Shown here: in pieces, positions 1 through 10,287 of the stretch
Numbering within the stretch: position 1 is the stretch's first letter
Layout of the letters: each line of letters starts with the position of its first letter
From: a virus
Strand: one strand, 5' to 3'
DNA length: 64,000 nucleotides
IMG/VR virus record: IMGVR_UViG_3300008952_000005
Coordinates: 96,001 to 160,000 of that record
Translations under genes and position numbers: made by a program
Notes under the pieces: generated by a model
Told to the model about the DNA's origin: nothing
What the model saw: only the letters and a program-made list of their open reading frames with translations
The model's database searches: none

Positions 1-103
1 GGTCATCTGGATCAATATATTCTCTTAAATAAACTACATTAAAAGTATAGTCAACGTCATTTAATTTTACTTGTTTTGATTTATTCATAGTGTTTGTTTT
101 CAT
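1..103 (-). CDS. partial hypothetical early protein (runs off window start)
   Basis: ATG at 103 gives open frame MKTNTMNKSKQVKLNDVDYTFNVVYLREYIDPDD to the edge, 11 nt after a sigma70-like -10. Confidence 0.5.
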   Translation of the reverse strand, partial: MKTNTMNKSKQVKLNDVDYTFNVVYLREYIDPDD

Positions 104-114
104 AGTATGTGTAT

Positions 115-143
115 ACTATATCACCGATAATCGGGATTGTCAA
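115..143 (-). promoter_or_regulatory. sigma70-like early promoter
   Basis: TTGACA-N17-TATAGT with TG extended -10. Confidence 0.7.
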
Positions 144-199
144 GTACTAATTTACGTTGATTTTACTGGGTTTTTAGAGATATTTGTTCTTGTTTTGTT

Positions 200-877
200 C
201 TAATTCCACAATTCCTTGACCCATTTTTCGTCTGAATCGTGTGGTAAAGGTCTACCGTGAAATACTGCAACTTTAGCTTTTTCTTTCTTTTCAAACTTCC
301 ACTCACTTTTATGAAATCTAGGGTTTTGTCTACTATGCCATTTATAAGAATATGTCCATTCGTCTGGCATAACTTTTAGGTATTGACTACCTTTAACTAA
401 TCTGGACATTGCGTTTTGGTCGCCTTGCAATTTCATTAAATCAGTTTTATCTTCTAAAAACTTATTCCATACTAATTTAGTTGCAACTTCATTATTGAAT
501 TTCATTATACTTGAATTATACTCTTCCGTTTTTATATTGAAATCGTTTATTACACCAAATGTCATATCATCACCAAATGTCGCTAACTCATTAATGTTAT
601 CTAAAATCACTACATCTAAATCCATATATAAACAAGGTCCAACCAAGTTTGCTTCTTCACTAAACAGTTGCATTTTATTCCACCAACCATCATAATCGTG
701 AAATCTAAACTTTCTAAACTGTATGTCGCCTTTTAATATCTTTTGAGGTTTTACGTGGTCTGAAAAACATATAAACCTATGGGGTATGGTTAAATGTCTT
801 TCTACCATATTGTATAGCACTTGTACATAATCTAATGAATACTTTGTTCCATAATATACACAGCAAAAATTCATCAT
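200..877 (-). CDS. putative GT-A glycosyltransferase
   Basis: YMDLDVVI DxD motif, C-terminal VFHG-P motif, located in sugar cluster. Confidence 0.7.
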   Translation of the reverse strand: MMNFCCVYYGTKYSLDYVQVLYNMVERHLTIPHRFICFSDHVKPQKILKGDIQFRKFRFHDYDGWWNKMQLFSEEANLVGPCLYMDLDVVILDNINELATFGDDMTFGVINDFNIKTEEYNSSIMKFNNEVATKLVWNKFLEDKTDLMKLQGDQNAMSRLVKGSQYLKVMPDEWTYSYKWHSRQNPRFHKSEWKFEKKEKAKVAVFHGRPLPHDSDEKWVKELWN

Positions 878-1695
878 ACGTTTTGTTCTCGTAATGTTCT
901 ATAAGCAGTTCCATCTGTAATTTCAGATATTGTAAATTGATTTTCTGCAATCATCTTTAACCATTCTGTTATAGTCTTTCGTCCTGGTCTCATTGGTTTG
1001 TTTATAAACTTTATATCTTTTGATGAAACAAATGACGCTATATTTCGTTGATGGCATATTACAGGTACTTGATTTAATATTGAATCAATAGCAGATAAAC
1101 TCATATTGGTTACCAAACAATGAGCATTTTTTAAGTCTTCTTTAATATCTGTATTCCAAAACTCATTACCAGGTCTAGGTTTATTTCTAAATCTAACTGG
1201 TTTATCTGTATGTTCTGCTATCTGTTTTGTTGCTTGTTCAACCCATTGTGATTGGCTCATACCATTGATTTGGTAAGTTACCGTTTCAGAAGAAGGTGCT
1301 ACTAGTATATGAGTTGTTTCTCCAGTATTCCACCCTTTAAACTGTACGTCAATCCCTTGATGCTCTAGTTTCTGTAATCTTGAACCAGGTCCAACTTTGC
1401 ACCTAATCGTGTGTATATTACCTTTACATATTCTAAAATATGTCTTATCGTAATCGTGTATTTTAGGTTCTGGATATCTTGTAATTTGTTGTGTTAAATA
1501 ACCAACATCTACGTACCACCATTCCTCACCACTCTCCATACATTTACGTATTTCTTTTCTATTCTGTCCAGCTAAACCCCAAAAAAAGTGAACAGGTTTA
1601 TCTGTATCAGTCCAACCTTTTTCTATGGCAGGAAATAACTGTTTACTTAAACATTTATCCCAAGGTATATTATGCGTTATTATCATAAGTTTCAA
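874..1695 (-). CDS. capsular-polysaccharide-synthesis-like (GT-B) protein, paralog 1
   Basis: VRFRNKP, LVTNMSLSAIDSILNQVPV and C-terminal WL..IAENQFTISEI pattern shared with 2722..3474 and 9226..10281. Confidence 0.55.
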   Translation of the reverse strand: MKLMIITHNIPWDKCLSKQLFPAIEKGWTDTDKPVHFFWGLAGQNRKEIRKCMESGEEWWYVDVGYLTQQITRYPEPKIHDYDKTYFRICKGNIHTIRCKVGPGSRLQKLEHQGIDVQFKGWNTGETTHILVAPSSETVTYQINGMSQSQWVEQATKQIAEHTDKPVRFRNKPRPGNEFWNTDIKEDLKNAHCLVTNMSLSAIDSILNQVPVICHQRNIASFVSSKDIKFINKPMRPGRKTITEWLKMIAENQFTISEITDGTAYRTLREQNV

Positions 1696-2725
1696 ATACT
1701 GTATTCAATGGTTGGTTACATCTAACAAAACTTGCACATTTAGGAATATCTTTTAATCGTCTTGCACCAATATATGTACAACTTGAACGGACACCTCCTA
1801 ATATATCTTCTATCGTTTCTTTAACAGGTCCTCTATCTGGTAATATAACTGCTCGTCCTTCATTACCTCTATAACCATCTTTTCGTTTTCCGTGTACTTC
1901 TCTTGCTCTATCAGAAGACATCCCATAAAACTCTCTTTGTCCATCTTTTAATTCTACTTCACTTTCATTATGTCCTGCTAGCATTCCACCTAACATCACA
2001 AAATGAGCACCACCACCAAATGCTTTCGCAATATCTCCTGGCATATTACAACCACCATCTGCAACTATATGACCACCAACACCATTAGCAGCGTCAGCAC
2101 ACTCTACTACTGCACTAAATTGAGGTACCCCTACACCTGCCATTGTTCTTGTTGTACATACACTACCTGGTCCAATACCTACTTTAACTACGTCTGCACC
2201 TTGTATAATTAGTTCTTCGGTCATTTCAGCAGTTACTACATTACCTGCAATTATAGTTTTGTCTGGATACTCTTCTCTAACTGCACCAACAAAATCTGAA
2301 AAATTTGTATGGTAACCATTTGCAACATCTACTGTAATAAACTTAACATCTGGAAAACTCTTTAATACTTCTTGCATTGTAGTATAATCTTCAGCATTAT
2401 CATCCCATAATTTACCTGTACCTGTACATACTGATAGATACTTTAATTTAATACCTTCACCTACTGCTTTTCTCCATTGTTCTATCGTTGTTGTCTTTGT
2501 AATCGTGGTTAACATCTTATACTCTTGTATAACTTTCGCCATACTAAATGTTCCCACTCCATCCATATTACTTGCTATTATTGGACAACACTCATATGTT
2601 TCACCAGAATTTCTAAATGTAAATGACCTAGTCATTTCTACATCACGTCTTGATGATAATGTTGACCGTTTAGGTTTCAACAATACGTCTTTATAATCTA
2701 ATTTTACTTCGTTATCTAATCTCAT
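1670..2725 (-). CDS. guaC: GMP reductase
   Basis: MRLDNEVKLDYKDVLLKPKRSTL start, DVANG, KVGIGPGSVCTTR, ADGG, FYGMSS, GGVRSSCTYIGA; start moved to second Met. Confidence 0.93.
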   Translation of the reverse strand: MRLDNEVKLDYKDVLLKPKRSTLSSRRDVEMTRSFTFRNSGETYECCPIIASNMDGVGTFSMAKVIQEYKMLTTITKTTTIEQWRKAVGEGIKLKYLSVCTGTGKLWDDNAEDYTTMQEVLKSFPDVKFITVDVANGYHTNFSDFVGAVREEYPDKTIIAGNVVTAEMTEELIIQGADVVKVGIGPGSVCTTRTMAGVGVPQFSAVVECADAANGVGGHIVADGGCNMPGDIAKAFGGGAHFVMLGGMLAGHNESEVELKDGQREFYGMSSDRAREVHGKRKDGYRGNEGRAVILPDRGPVKETIEDILGGVRSSCTYIGARRLKDIPKCASFVRCNQPLNTVFETYDNNA

Positions 2726-3474
2726 TGTACTTTTCTCCAAGCTGTTCCATTTTTTATTTCTGTCATAGTAAATTGATTTGCTAATAAACTATGTATCCAT
2801 TTTAATCTAGCAGGTTTTATAGGTTGTTCTATTTTACTAAAATCGGTTAACCCCATTGGTACTCCCATATTCATTTTATCACAAAATACAGGTACCCCAT
2901 TTAAAACAGCGTCAACTACAACTGCTGAATTATGAGATACTATAGCATATGCACTTTGTACTTCTTCTCTTAAAGGTTTACTACTTTTTTTATCTCTTAC
3001 TTTAATAGGTCTATCTGTATATTGTTTTAAAGTCTTTATAGTATCATCAACCCAACTACCTATATTATGATATGCTATTTGAAAATGAGAAGGTGCTATA
3101 ATTAAGATATAATTGCCATCACTTTTCCAAGGTTGTAATTTTATATACTGTTTATACTTTTTAATTCTTTCATTATCTTCATCTGTTAGTTCTTGTATAG
3201 TTTGTATATGATAATGATTTTTTGTTAATCTATATATTCTCTCACCAGTTACCTTTGATGGAGAGTGTCTATTACCATATAAGTAAGCGTGGTCAAAATA
3301 ATAAAACTCTTTACTTTGTTTTAAAAGTTCGCCTGTGCCTCTTAATATTCCAAAACAAGTAATAGGTTTATCTATATCAACATCTTTAACATTATGTAAT
3401 GTTCCTCCTGCACTTGAAACAAAATGTCTTACAATATCATCTGTTGCTGGTCTAGTTAATAATCCTTGTATCAT
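2722..3474 (-). CDS. capsular-polysaccharide-synthesis-like (GT-B) protein, paralog 2
   Basis: YFDHAY, IKVRDK, IVSHNSAVVVDAVLNGVPV, WIHSLLANQFTMTEI. Confidence 0.55.
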   Translation of the reverse strand: MIQGLLTRPATDDIVRHFVSSAGGTLHNVKDVDIDKPITCFGILRGTGELLKQSKEFYYFDHAYLYGNRHSPSKVTGERIYRLTKNHYHIQTIQELTDEDNERIKKYKQYIKLQPWKSDGNYILIIAPSHFQIAYHNIGSWVDDTIKTLKQYTDRPIKVRDKKSSKPLREEVQSAYAIVSHNSAVVVDAVLNGVPVFCDKMNMGVPMGLTDFSKIEQPIKPARLKWIHSLLANQFTMTEIKNGTAWRKVQ

Positions 3475-4148
3475 TTAACCATATTTGTTTCAGTTGTTTC
3501 TTCCTTTAATTTTAACCATTCTTCTGCATAATCACAATTTAAATAATCTACAAACCAAGGTCCTCCTTCTGTAAAATGGACGTTCTTAACATCATCTTTC
3601 TTTTGATATTCTCCACTTAACCAATTCCACTCTAAAGGTAATTCTCCTATCAAACTATCATTTTCTAACCATTTAAATTGGTGTAGTTGTAATCCTGTTG
3701 CACTATTCACATAATCTGGTGTTAACGCTGTACACTTATCACAATTCATCAACATAAAACTTGACCAGTTTTTCTTTTCATATTTTGTTTGTGGTTGACC
3801 TAAAAACTTCTTTGTCTTTCTTGGTACATAATCGTGCTTACACACTTGTACAGCATAACGTTCATCCCTTAATCTCCATAACTCAGCAATATCTGTTAAC
3901 ATTAACTGGTCACAATCCATAAACAATGCCCACCCCTTATAATTCATAAGGTGAGGTACTATAAATCTACTAAAACTAAATTCAGTTGATTCTATATTAC
4001 TACGTTCTCTAGTAAAATTATCTTTTATATTTTTTAAATATATTGGTGTAATAGATACAGGTCTGGTACTATGTTTTAATATACTATATGCAAGTACATT
4101 AAAAGCAACCTTCTCTTTACTATCATACCCAATAAAAATATTAATCAT
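3471..4148 (-). CDS. GT-A glycosyltransferase (GT8-like phage family)
   Basis: IFIGYD, STEFSFSRF, FMDCD DxD, KNWSS, HFTEGGPWF. Confidence 0.8.
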   Translation of the reverse strand: MINIFIGYDSKEKVAFNVLAYSILKHSTRPVSITPIYLKNIKDNFTRERSNIESTEFSFSRFIVPHLMNYKGWALFMDCDQLMLTDIAELWRLRDERYAVQVCKHDYVPRKTKKFLGQPQTKYEKKNWSSFMLMNCDKCTALTPDYVNSATGLQLHQFKWLENDSLIGELPLEWNWLSGEYQKKDDVKNVHFTEGGPWFVDYLNCDYAEEWLKLKEETTETNMVK

Positions 4149-4150
4149 TA

Positions 4151-4372
4151 CTATTTCGTTTTTATAGGTATTCTTATATTTTTACGCAACGCTCTTACTA
4201 ACTCACCTAACTTATCAATAATCGCTATCGCATTCTCATCCGTAATATAATGTGTTTGCTCTTTAAGTTCATCATATTCTCTTAAAGGAATCGTAACAGT
4301 TCTATTAAGTTGAGTTTCGTTTTCATATGTCAAGTTATGAGCATTGTCTTGTTCATCTACGCCGTTTGTCAT
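4151..4372 (-). CDS. hypothetical protein
   Basis: ORF fills gap between coupled genes; start moved to MTNG. Confidence 0.55.
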   Translation of the reverse strand: MTNGVDEQDNAHNLTYENETQLNRTVTIPLREYDELKEQTHYITDENAIAIIDKLGELVRALRKNIRIPIKTK

Positions 4373-5124
4373 CTGTTTCTTCTCCATTCTGGACTATTTG
4401 GTTGGTATTTTCTTTTACCTTTTCTATGGTCTATATATGGATTAATAAACGTATCTCTTGCCATTATATGTCCATTTCCACCATCCCCTAGTGGTTTTTC
4501 ACTATACCTGGGATCGTTTTTAAACATTTGCCTAGTACCGTCCAATGTATGGCAATCTGTCCAAAAATTCTTTCCTAATTTCTTTATTGAATATACTTTA
4601 TCTGTTACATACCAATTTTTATATGCTTGAAAAAAATCATTGGCTACAAGACTTGAATTATTAAATGCAACAAAACCTGTTTCTGTATATTGATTTGGTC
4701 TATTATAAAATGATAAAAATGTTAACATTGGTAAACATTGCTGCCACCAAAGACGTGGTATTGTGTCCATAAACTTACAATCACTATCTACATAAAATAT
4801 TTTATCTGACCAAGCTCTTGCTGCCGATTGAGCAAATACTTTATAACTAAATCTTATCGCTTGTTCATAAAAATTATTTGCTACTCTATGTTTATTTCTT
4901 TTAATAAAATCTTTTAAATCTGGTTCAAAATCAAATATATTTTCATACTTTACTTTGTCTACTTTAGGATATAAACTTGGACTATCTTCAACAAAAACAA
5001 GCATATGTGGTTTTTGATTTGTTGCCTTGTATGAGTCAATTAATTGATGAGCATAATCATCATATAATCTTTTATTAAATGTTGTAACAAATAAGGAACT
5101 GTTATTGCCTAAAGGAATGCTCAT
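4369..5124 (-). CDS. putative nucleotide-diphospho-sugar transferase
   Basis: VTTF N-terminal strand, AIRFSYKVFA, YVDSD DxD, ETGFVAF; TAATG coupling to gmd. Confidence 0.65.
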   Translation of the reverse strand: MSIPLGNNSSLFVTTFNKRLYDDYAHQLIDSYKATNQKPHMLVFVEDSPSLYPKVDKVKYENIFDFEPDLKDFIKRNKHRVANNFYEQAIRFSYKVFAQSAARAWSDKIFYVDSDCKFMDTIPRLWWQQCLPMLTFLSFYNRPNQYTETGFVAFNNSSLVANDFFQAYKNWYVTDKVYSIKKLGKNFWTDCHTLDGTRQMFKNDPRYSEKPLGDGGNGHIMARDTFINPYIDHRKGKRKYQPNSPEWRRNR

Positions 5125-6173
5125 TATATACAATTCTCTGGAGCATCCCAAAGTCTTGGTACTCCTGATTGATGGTCACTACAAAATCTACCAACATCTG
5201 CGTCAACCATTTCTTTCATTAAACTCTCTACATTATGTTTATGTTCCCAACCTAATACTTCTCTTGCCTTACTAGCATCCCCTTGTAATACATCTACCTC
5301 AGCAGGTCTTAAATGTTTCTTATCAGTAGTAATAATTAATTGATTGCCGTCTGTAAAACATTTACCATCTTTCCAATAATGTTTTATATCTTTATAATCT
5401 AATGCCATATCTGCAAATTCCTTTACTGTATGAATTTCACCAGTTGCTAATATATAGTCATCTGGTTTATCGTGTTGTAGCATTTGCCACATACCTCTAA
5501 CAAAATCCTCAGCGTGTCCCCAATCTCTTTTTGCATTTAAATTTCCTAAAACAATTGGTCTTCCTTCTTGCAACCAATGTGCTAAACCTTTTGATATTTT
5601 TCTAGTTACAAAGTCCTCACCTCTATGTGGACTTTCGTGATTAAATAATAAACCACAACAAGCAAACATATCATACGCCTCTCTATAATTAATTGTTATG
5701 TGATGAGCATATAGTTTTGCAACACCATATGGTGACCTCGGCCAAAATTTCGTTGTTTCTTTTTGTGGGGTTTCAAATACTTTTCCATACATTTCACTTG
5801 TACTTGCTTGATAAAATTTTATTTTAGGATTAACTTGTCTTATACTTTCTAGTATTCTCAAAGGACCCATTGCGTCTATTAAAGTAGCAAGTTCTGGTTG
5901 TTTAAATGATAACCATACAAATGATTGAGCAGCTAAATTATAAACTTCATCTGGTTGAGTTTCTTCTATTGCTCTTCTTATATTTGCCTGGTCTATTACG
6001 TCAAGTTCAACAAACTCTATTTGGTCTGTAATACCCATTTCATCTAGTCGCCAATGTTTTGGTGATGTACTTCGTCTTTGTCCACCAAATACTTTATAAC
6101 CTTTTTCTAATAACAATTTAGCAAGATAGGCGCCGTCTTGTCCAGTTATTCCTGTTATTAATGCTCTTTTCAT
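5124..6173 (-). CDS. gmd: GDP-mannose 4,6-dehydratase
   Basis: ALITGITGQDGAYLA, NLAAQSFV, YQASTSEMYG, PRSPYGVAKLYAH, NHESP, RDWGHAED, LRPAEVD. Confidence 0.95.
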   Translation of the reverse strand: MKRALITGITGQDGAYLAKLLLEKGYKVFGGQRRSTSPKHWRLDEMGITDQIEFVELDVIDQANIRRAIEETQPDEVYNLAAQSFVWLSFKQPELATLIDAMGPLRILESIRQVNPKIKFYQASTSEMYGKVFETPQKETTKFWPRSPYGVAKLYAHHITINYREAYDMFACCGLLFNHESPHRGEDFVTRKISKGLAHWLQEGRPIVLGNLNAKRDWGHAEDFVRGMWQMLQHDKPDDYILATGEIHTVKEFADMALDYKDIKHYWKDGKCFTDGNQLIITTDKKHLRPAEVDVLQGDASKAREVLGWEHKHNVESLMKEMVDADVGRFCSDHQSGVPRLWDAPENCI

Positions 6174-6185
6174 TTTACTCCTTAA

Positions 6186-7388
6186 TTAATCCACAATAGG
6201 ATCGTGTGTTAATGTTTCCATTTGTTCTAATCTAGTTACTGGTTTATTAATCAAATCATAAACCATATCAATATTTTCTTTTAAATCTCTTATATCATTT
6301 CCTATAAACAAACCATTTTCGTGTATGTAATCTGCATTTGGACAACTATTATTATAATAATCAAGATAATCTATTACAGGATTGTTCATAAAATTACCTG
6401 CAACAATAGGTCTACACTCTACTTCTGCTTCAGTAAGTCTATTAACAATTACATCACGCCAACCATATAATTCTTTTTGTAATACCATTGAGAAACCAAA
6501 CCAACTTGATTCTCCTATTTCTTTCTGTAATAAAATATTTGGATTATCTTTAAATTTATGTTGAAAATATTTTGCATTACGAATTCTTTGTGTTCTCATT
6601 TCAGATTCTTTTTTAAGTTGTACACTACCAATTGCACCACTCATTTCTAATGGTCTAACACTATATCCTGGAGTTACAAACGTAAAACTATCTTTAAACT
6701 TATCACCTGTCTTTTTATAAATCTTATTGTCATCTGGTAAATCTCGGCACCAACCGTGTGCTCTTAATGACCTTAAATAATCTGCGTCATCTTTATCTCT
6801 ACAAGCAATCATTCCACCTTCCATTGTTTGTAAATGGTGTGAAAAGAAAAATGAAAAACTACCCATTTGACCAAACGTTCCACAAAACTCATAATTATAT
6901 GTCTTCGCACCTAAACTCTCACAATTGTCCTCTAATAATATAAGGTTACGTTCTCTTGCAATATGATATAATGAATAGTGGTCACAAGAGTTACCTAAAA
7001 GATTAACTGCAAATATAGCACAAGTATCCTCATTAATTGCTTCTCTAACTTTATTAGGGTCTATATTTAAAGTTTCTCTATCTACATCTACAAAATTTAA
7101 TTTAAAACCGTATTGTTGTAATGGAAAGAAAGTTGTTGACCAAGATACAGCAGGCACAATTATATTACCACCTCTTTTATATTTTAATTTTAATAATGCA
7201 ATCATTAATAGATTGGCAGTTGAACCACTATTAACCATAACTGCGTCTGTACATCTAAAATATTTGGCAAACTCTTGCTCAAACTTCTTGACGTGTGGAC
7301 CCATTGTATATCGCCCACTTTTTATGACTTCCTGTATTGCGTATAATTCTTTATGATCCCAAGTATCACAAGCTAATGGATATTTCAT
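6186..7388 (-). CDS. colD: GDP-4-keto-6-deoxy-D-mannose 3-dehydratase (ColD-like, PLP-dependent DegT family)
   Basis: YPLA..TWD, SGSTANLLMIA, VPAVSWSTT, EDNCESLGA, SFFFSHHLQTMEGG with His at the usual Schiff-base Lys position, LRAHGW, CRPIVAGNF. Confidence 0.82.
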   Translation of the reverse strand: MKYPLACDTWDHKELYAIQEVIKSGRYTMGPHVKKFEQEFAKYFRCTDAVMVNSGSTANLLMIALLKLKYKRGGNIIVPAVSWSTTFFPLQQYGFKLNFVDVDRETLNIDPNKVREAINEDTCAIFAVNLLGNSCDHYSLYHIARERNLILLEDNCESLGAKTYNYEFCGTFGQMGSFSFFFSHHLQTMEGGMIACRDKDDADYLRSLRAHGWCRDLPDDNKIYKKTGDKFKDSFTFVTPGYSVRPLEMSGAIGSVQLKKESEMRTQRIRNAKYFQHKFKDNPNILLQKEIGESSWFGFSMVLQKELYGWRDVIVNRLTEAEVECRPIVAGNFMNNPVIDYLDYYNNSCPNADYIHENGLFIGNDIRDLKENIDMVYDLINKPVTRLEQMETLTHDPIVD

Positions 7389-7396
7389 AATTTTCC

Positions 7397-9223
7397 TTAT
7401 ATATTCATCTTAAAAACCTTGTACCAAATCGCAAATGCCATTATAGTAAATAGTTCTTTTTGTGAGCGTTGACCAATATTAGGTAATATTTTCTTTTCTC
7501 CAGCTTTATTTAAACCTTTTGACCAACTTTCTCTTTTATTACACATATATTTATCATCTATTTCGGACTGGTTATATTCAAATATTTCTTGCATTTCTTT
7601 ATTTGATAGTACAGTTCTAATATAATCTTTTAATATGTTATTATCATCAGCTCGTTTGCTAAGTCTACCTACAATAAATTCATCTGTAGGAAATCTCCAA
7701 CCAGTTTTCTCTCTCTCTAATATTTTTAATGGTAATCTTTTATAATATGCTGTCTTTAATAGTGGTTTATTATAATATGCCCAATTATCTTCCATAAAAT
7801 TCTTGTTGATTTTATGTTCACTAGGGATACTTCGTATATAATCTCTAAAAGTTTTATTCATAAAAGGAAATCTTCCTTCTAAACTAAATCTCATACCTAA
7901 CTTATCATTTCTCATTAAAAAATCTTCTGATAATGTATTTAAACACTCAATGAACATAAAATCATTTCTTTCATCACCTTGCAAACCACCTTTTGGAAAC
8001 CAACTATCAAGATACTCTAATTGTTCTTCGTGTGTTGCCCATAGTTCTTTATTTTTTAATTCTCTATGATTAGCACATAATGCTTTTAACTTCGTTGCCC
8101 AATCTGGTTGTCTATGATGTTTATAACCACATAACAATTCATCTCCACCATCACCACTTAAAGTTACCGTTATACCTTGTTTCTTTATATATTCATTAAC
8201 TCCAAAATATACAGGTAAACTTTTACTTTGTCTAGGTTCTTCTAATGCTAACGCTGTATTTTCCCAATTATCTGTAAAATATTGTTGATTAATATATAGT
8301 TCTCTATGTTCACCACCATATGTTGCTGACATTTCTTTTGCCAATATACAATCTTCGTTAGACCTTGATTTCCAATCATAAGTTTCAAATTTTGAACTAA
8401 ATGTTTTTGGTTTTGTTTGCCACAATTTTGACATTTCATAACAAATAGCCGTACTATCAATACCACCACTTAAAAACAATCCAATTTCTCTACGACCCAT
8501 TAAGGTTTCTTTTACTGCCTGGTGTAATCTATTTCTAACTTCTTCTTTAATTTTACCTACATTTTTAACATTTCTTAACCCTATTTGTCTATTATTAATA
8601 TTAGTAGAAATTTTAGCACTAGTTACTACGTTCATCTTAACAACTTCACCTGGTACTAATTTTTTAATACCTTTAAACAATGTCAAATAACCAGAATTAT
8701 ATCCTTGTTTATAATACTGTTTGAATGCCTCTTTATCTACTTTTCTTTCAAATCCTAATGTTAATAAACTTTTAATCTCGGATGAAAAAGCAAACTTACC
8801 ATTTATATAACCATAATAAAGAGGTTTAGTTCCATTACTATCTCTGGCAATAATTAATTCTTTTGTCTTCTTATTATAGCAAGCAAATGCAAACATTCCA
8901 TCTAATTTTTCTATAAATGATATGCCATATCTTTCTAAACCTAACATTAAAACTTCCGTATCTGTATTAGTTTTAAGTTTAAATTCTTTACCTAGTTCTT
9001 TGTAATTGTATATCTCACCATTATATACTAACACCCTATCGTTATGAATCCAAGGTTGTTTTGAGTTTTCTGTAGTGTCTATGATTGATAATAAATTATG
9101 ACCTAAAGTAATATCTTCATCTTGCCAATGTCCATTACCATCAGGTCCTCTATGATGTGCTTCGCACAACATTTCTTTTATCAAACTAGTTGATGACCAT
9201 AATATTCCGTGTATCGCACACAT
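7397..9223 (-). CDS. asnB: asparagine-synthase-like glutamine amidotransferase
   Basis: N-terminal Cys (MCAIHG), HRGPDG, YNGEIYNYKEL, LSGGIDS, LSGDGGDELLCGY, EGRFPF. Confidence 0.88.
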   Translation of the reverse strand: MCAIHGILWSSTSLIKEMLCEAHHRGPDGNGHWQDEDITLGHNLLSIIDTTENSKQPWIHNDRVLVYNGEIYNYKELGKEFKLKTNTDTEVLMLGLERYGISFIEKLDGMFAFACYNKKTKELIIARDSNGTKPLYYGYINGKFAFSSEIKSLLTLGFERKVDKEAFKQYYKQGYNSGYLTLFKGIKKLVPGEVVKMNVVTSAKISTNINNRQIGLRNVKNVGKIKEEVRNRLHQAVKETLMGRREIGLFLSGGIDSTAICYEMSKLWQTKPKTFSSKFETYDWKSRSNEDCILAKEMSATYGGEHRELYINQQYFTDNWENTALALEEPRQSKSLPVYFGVNEYIKKQGITVTLSGDGGDELLCGYKHHRQPDWATKLKALCANHRELKNKELWATHEEQLEYLDSWFPKGGLQGDERNDFMFIECLNTLSEDFLMRNDKLGMRFSLEGRFPFMNKTFRDYIRSIPSEHKINKNFMEDNWAYYNKPLLKTAYYKRLPLKILEREKTGWRFPTDEFIVGRLSKRADDNNILKDYIRTVLSNKEMQEIFEYNQSEIDDKYMCNKRESWSKGLNKAGEKKILPNIGQRSQKELFTIMAFAIWYKVFKMNI

Positions 9224-9225
9224 AA

Positions 9226-10281
9226 TTATCTTTGTAATAACTCCTTTATATAAGGTATAATCAAGTGTGAATTAAATTCTGTCATAGAAAATTCTGTATG
9301 AGATACCATTTTATACCAATTTAAAACTTCTAGTGGAGTAGCATAATATATCTTCTCTATCCTATCAATACTAGTATTGTTTAATTCAATTCCAAAATTC
9401 CATTTTGAAGTAATACAAGGTATTCCTAAATTAATAAGTTCAAAAATACTTGTACTTTCTCCTAACACACCACAATAAACTCTATCTACAATAGTTCGTA
9501 ATTTGGTCTCTCTTGGTAAAACTTCAACATCTTTCACCAAATCTTTAACTACAATTTTACTTAATGGGTGTGGTTTAACTATAATTTTTCTATTTGTTGC
9601 TAGTCTAACTCTTTCAACACTAGTTTTAATAAATTCTGGTACAGAAACAGAAGATGTAGGGTCATATTCTAAACCAGGCATAATTAAAACTGCACCATCT
9701 TTATTATTTTTCCATTGATGTGGTTCTATATTCTGCAACTTTATATTATTTTTCTTTTCAGTTCTTTCAATCATAGTATGTAATCTTGATGGTTTTGAAT
9801 TATCAACTTTACACCATTTAGTTCTTCCATATGTCCAATGACCTAACCCCATACGATAATATCTTGGACCTGTATTTTTATACCAAGAATCTATGTAATT
9901 ACATTTTATTCTTGATAATGTAGCACTTTCAGTTACAATAACTTTTTTATTATACATCTTTGCTAGTTCTTGAACAAAGACATTTATAAATTCCATTCTT
10001 GCACTTCTAACTCCTGTGCTTGGTCTTCCGTGGGCTAGTTTACTATCTTCAGCATAAATTTTATCTGGTTTCCATTGTCTTGCTGGATTTGTACTACCCC
10101 AAGTACCATCAACTAGATAAGCGTCAGCATTTTTTATCCAATATAAATCTTCTAAAGATATTGGTTTATCTTTTACTTCAGAAACTCTATGTACTGACAT
10201 ATCAGATTGTGGATTAGAATTAATAACTCCACATATTGCTGCCAATGCATTACCTGATCCAAAAGCTACTATCTTTTTCAT
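9226..10281 (-). CDS. capsular-polysaccharide-synthesis-like (GT-B) protein, paralog 3
   Basis: IIVKPHP, GESTSIFELINLGIPC, WYKMVSHTEFSMTEF. Confidence 0.5.
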   Translation of the reverse strand: MKKIVAFGSGNALAAICGVINSNPQSDMSVHRVSEVKDKPISLEDLYWIKNADAYLVDGTWGSTNPARQWKPDKIYAEDSKLAHGRPSTGVRSARMEFINVFVQELAKMYNKKVIVTESATLSRIKCNYIDSWYKNTGPRYYRMGLGHWTYGRTKWCKVDNSKPSRLHTMIERTEKKNNIKLQNIEPHQWKNNKDGAVLIMPGLEYDPTSSVSVPEFIKTSVERVRLATNRKIIVKPHPLSKIVVKDLVKDVEVLPRETKLRTIVDRVYCGVLGESTSIFELINLGIPCITSKWNFGIELNNTSIDRIEKIYYATPLEVLNWYKMVSHTEFSMTEFNSHLIIPYIKELLQR

Positions 10282-10287
10282 TAATCT

